A stretch of DNA of 63,034 nucleotides, counting the filler, from Cercozoa sp. M6MM (taxonomy: Eukaryota > Protista > Endomyxa: Ascetosporea): NCBI GenBank assembly GCA_040357565.1. It is 13 parts of 13 records of this genome, joined end to end, with 100 filler letters (N's around TTAATTAATTAA, not from the genome) between each part and the next. Parts side by side here need not be neighbours in the genome. Positions count along the whole stretch, not along the records: positions 56,910 to 63,034 come from JBDODJ010000784.1; 12 more parts are not named here. One strand, given 5' to 3'. Of this stretch, positions 58,424-63,034 are shown piece by piece (position 1 is the first letter of the stretch; each line of letters begins with the position of its first letter). The position numbers and the translations under genes were made by a program. Below the pieces are notes generated by a model. That model was not told where the DNA came from, made no database searches, and was given only the letters and a program-made list of their open reading frames with translations.

Positions 58424-59622
58424 TGAGTCACGAACGGCGACGTCTGGACGATGAAGTGAGAGAGCAGTGCGCCTTGCTGCGCACGAGTTGCCGAAAACTG
58501 ATCGAAAGTGCACTGGTAGTTGTGTTTTTTGTTTTTGTCTCGAGGGGCGGAATGCTGTGTTTTGTTTAACAAAACAAAATAGATTGGTCGAGTCGACACA
58601 GTTCGAGGAGAAGACGGCGAGGCACGGCAAGTGGCACCTTCGGTTGAGTCGCAGCATGCCGAGGACCTTTTGGACTATACTGAGGTGCAGCCACGTGTGT
58701 GTTTGTGTTGGATGCGTTTGTTTTGAAACTGCAAAATGCACAGCTGAGGTCAGCGCAAGCGTCAGCAGCGGCTGCAAGTTTGGCAGGGTATTTTTCCATA
58801 CCTCTGTTTTAAACACTTTGTGTGTGTATGTGTTTACAAAGAGCTGCCACGGCACTGTCGGAGTTGTGTGGCGACTTGCAGATCGTGTGCGCTCTGCAGG
58901 CAGGCGATATTCAGAATAAAGTAGATACAAACGTGCCGAAACAAAGCTAGTTACTCGACTAGCTTACCGTACAGTAGTTAGTAGAGGCTTCTCCGTTATC
59001 TGTGGCTCTAAGTTTTATCCAACGTGTGCTAGAGTGTCTGACTGCGGGAACACTTACAATGTAGGCCCCAGATTGCTTTTGTTCCGGCTACAGCTTTTTG
59101 CTGTCTTGCGTGCCATTCGTGCCCAGCACTCATAGCTGGGCGCATTTGGCCCGGCGCTCATAGCTGAGTGCGTTCGGTGAACTTCTCGAAGTCACATGCC
59201 GCGCCAGGGATTGTCGGTTACAGCGTGGCGCGCGCGCGTCTTGTGGCTTGAGACTTGAGAGCCCGCAGTGGGCACAGGGCGATTTAGCTGCCAAAAGCGC
59301 GTGTTGGGCACCCGTCGAGTATGCACGACGTCTGCGAGCGATGAACCCGAAAGGATGGCAAGGTAAACGCGACAGACTCCCCTTCTTCCGCACAACCAAG
59401 GACGCCGACGCCTCAATACGTGAGCGTGCAAGCGGAGCAAGAGCACGAGACCGAACCATTTCTCGGAATGACTCCCGCGCCTCCACTTCGGCCTGCAGAC
59501 CTGACGCCGCTCTAGACACCGCCTCGAATCTTGAGTCGAAATACACCAAACTAAGAAACCAACTATGCAGTTCCTTGACCACCAGTCCTGGGGTGGGTCA
59601 CCTGGCAGTACTGTACCGTTAA
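58424..59622 (+). CDS. Hypothetical multi-exon protein
   Basis: Spliceable short exons and a terminal exon 59248-59622. Confidence 0.4.
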
Positions 59623-59952
59623 CGTTGCTAGCGTCGGCTCTAATCCACCTGTGAACTGCAGTACGTACCACTCCAACTACTGTACATATGGTGCGTCACG
59701 TTACTTTGTTTATACACTACTTAGTCGCACTTCGTTGTCTGCCTGACGTAAAACGCCCGGTGGAGAGTTTCAGAGACATACGTAACGGTCGGTAGACAGT
59801 AGTTGGGGCAGGTAGTACTGTCTGCATTACTCACTGCAAAACTCAAGCGCGAAGTCACAAGCATATGCAAGTTTCCGAAGTTGTTTGCCCATCGAGGTCT
59901 CACAGTATCCCAACACTGAAAGCAGGGGGAAATGATTTTTGCTTTCGAAAAG

Positions 59953-61258
59953 TTATTGTCGAAAGCCTTCGTGTTTTATACCTTGCGAAGTTAGTTCAAG
60001 TGGCCAGCGATTGCCACAGAAGGATTCCGCGGTTTCCAAAAAGTGTTCAAAGTGGCATTTTCTCCGTTCATATGCGTGCTGCATGCGCAGTGCAGGAGGG
60101 GCCATAATTTTAGAATGCGCACACGGGTGTGTTTGTGTAAAAATTGGTACGTATTGCATCCACTGGACGACGAAGCTAAGCTGCGAGCTATCGTCTTGCT
60201 TCACTTGATGTGTTTCATCGTTCAATGAATCGAGATGAGCCTCAAGCCACTGCAGCGGAGTCTTGTGTGTGCCATGTGTGTAAGCATCGAAGTCTGTGTT
60301 GGCGCCTCCTTTCTTCACAAGTGCGACGCAAAGGGCGAGCGCAGGTTCAGTCAGTTTGACCACCTTTTCTGAGTTGGCATTTTGAGGCGGAGTAATTTTG
60401 GCTGCCGTCTGGGCGCACTTGGAGTTCACGAGACTCTTGCACACAAAGGCGAGAGGTGTCTCTCCTAAAACATACGCGAGTACAAAATTGTCACAGCAAG
60501 ATCTGTTGATTAGACGAATACCCAGTCCCATGCAATGGTCTACCCGACATCCTCGCTCTATTAGGTGGTGTGCAACTGCGTAGTTTTCGTGCATGCATGC
60601 CATGTGCAGGGGACTATGCCAGTACCGAGCGTCCAATGGTACTGCGCCCGGGTTAGTAAGTGAACAAAAGGGACTGTACCTTAGACCCGTCTCGGATAAC
60701 GCGTCGAGCAACGAAAGGTCTCGCTCAAGTATCAGATCAATCATTTGGCGAAGGTTCTCGTGCGACAAATGGATCGCAGTCGAAACTGCGTGCAGCATAC
60801 TAAAACGCGACATGCGACTCCGACCACCGACGTCGGAGACGTATTTGAGAATGACCTGGAGAGAAGTGAGCGAGTTGCCTGCTGCGACAGCTAGAAGCGG
60901 CCAGTCGGACTCCCTCTACGTCAGGCATACGAAACATAACATCTACTCGTGCACAAACGTAGTGGAAGACAAGGATACATTGAAGCGTTGTACAATCGAG
61001 GGAACTTTGCACAGTGCATCGAGTGTAATCACATCTTCCTGCACCTTATAACGTTCACACACGTATCGATGTCGCTTGATGCCAGTAATCAGGGAAGATG
61101 GTTTTACCACAGCCTGCCGCAAAATCGCTGTCGTTGCGATCCTCATGATGTTTCAAACACACAGGAATCCGAGCACTACTAAGATGCGATCGCGATCGCT
61201 AGGAAGTGCTTGTCGGATGTCCGAGGAGAAACGCCAAACGAAACGCGCGTCGCACCAT
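59953..61258 (-). CDS. Ankyrin-repeat protein
   Basis: WPLLAVAAGN; HSPLHMACMHENYAVAHHLIERGCRVD; GETPLAFVC. Confidence 0.75.
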
Positions 61259-61439
61259 TGCATGTTTCGTCAAAGTCAAAAAGGGTTGTACCAAGTTCGG
61301 TTCAAGTGTACTAAAAAGTCTGTTAAAAAACGATCACGGGCACATCGCATGGCGAGGACGGTCCTAGCCTAAGTCTCCCGTACGGAGCTGGGAACACTCC
61401 CGTCCGATCGCTACAAAAACCGACGAAGCTGGCTGAAAT

Positions 61440-62990
<1,551 letters not shown>

Positions 62991-62992
62991 TT

Positions 62993-63034
<42 letters not shown>

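Overview
Eukaryotic, gene-dense, intron-rich DNA, most likely from a protist. The window is not one contiguous locus: twelve artificial 100-nt spacers (N44-TTAATTAATTAA-N44) join contigs, and genes do not continue across them. The ORF track is largely misleading because exons are short, so the gene models below were spliced by eye using GT..AG junctions and the standard code. Recognisable genes: phospholipid scramblase, WDR3/Utp12, MED31, RPS15 (long first intron with snoRNA-like elements), INO80, a striatin-like WD40 protein, C2CD5, a TLC-domain protein, mitochondrial EF-Ts, two tandem SLBP (histone stem-loop binding protein) paralogs, RIO1, a bacterial-type class II HMG-CoA reductase, a CCCH zinc-finger protein, a KPWE-motif peroxin (PEX39/PEX14-like), a fatty-acid hydroxylase, a secreted LRR protein, an EF-hand protein, a soluble adenylyl cyclase, a P2C Na/K-ATPase alpha, an SMPD4-like protein and an ankyrin protein. 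There is also a probable LINE RNase H remnant. The most unusual signals are in the introns: a recurrent irregular G(4-8)TAAACA repeat family, kb-scale 'TTCGAA/GCTTT' periodic repeat domains that spill into exons, weak donors and obligatory AAG acceptors. All family assignments come from recalled motifs, not from database searches.
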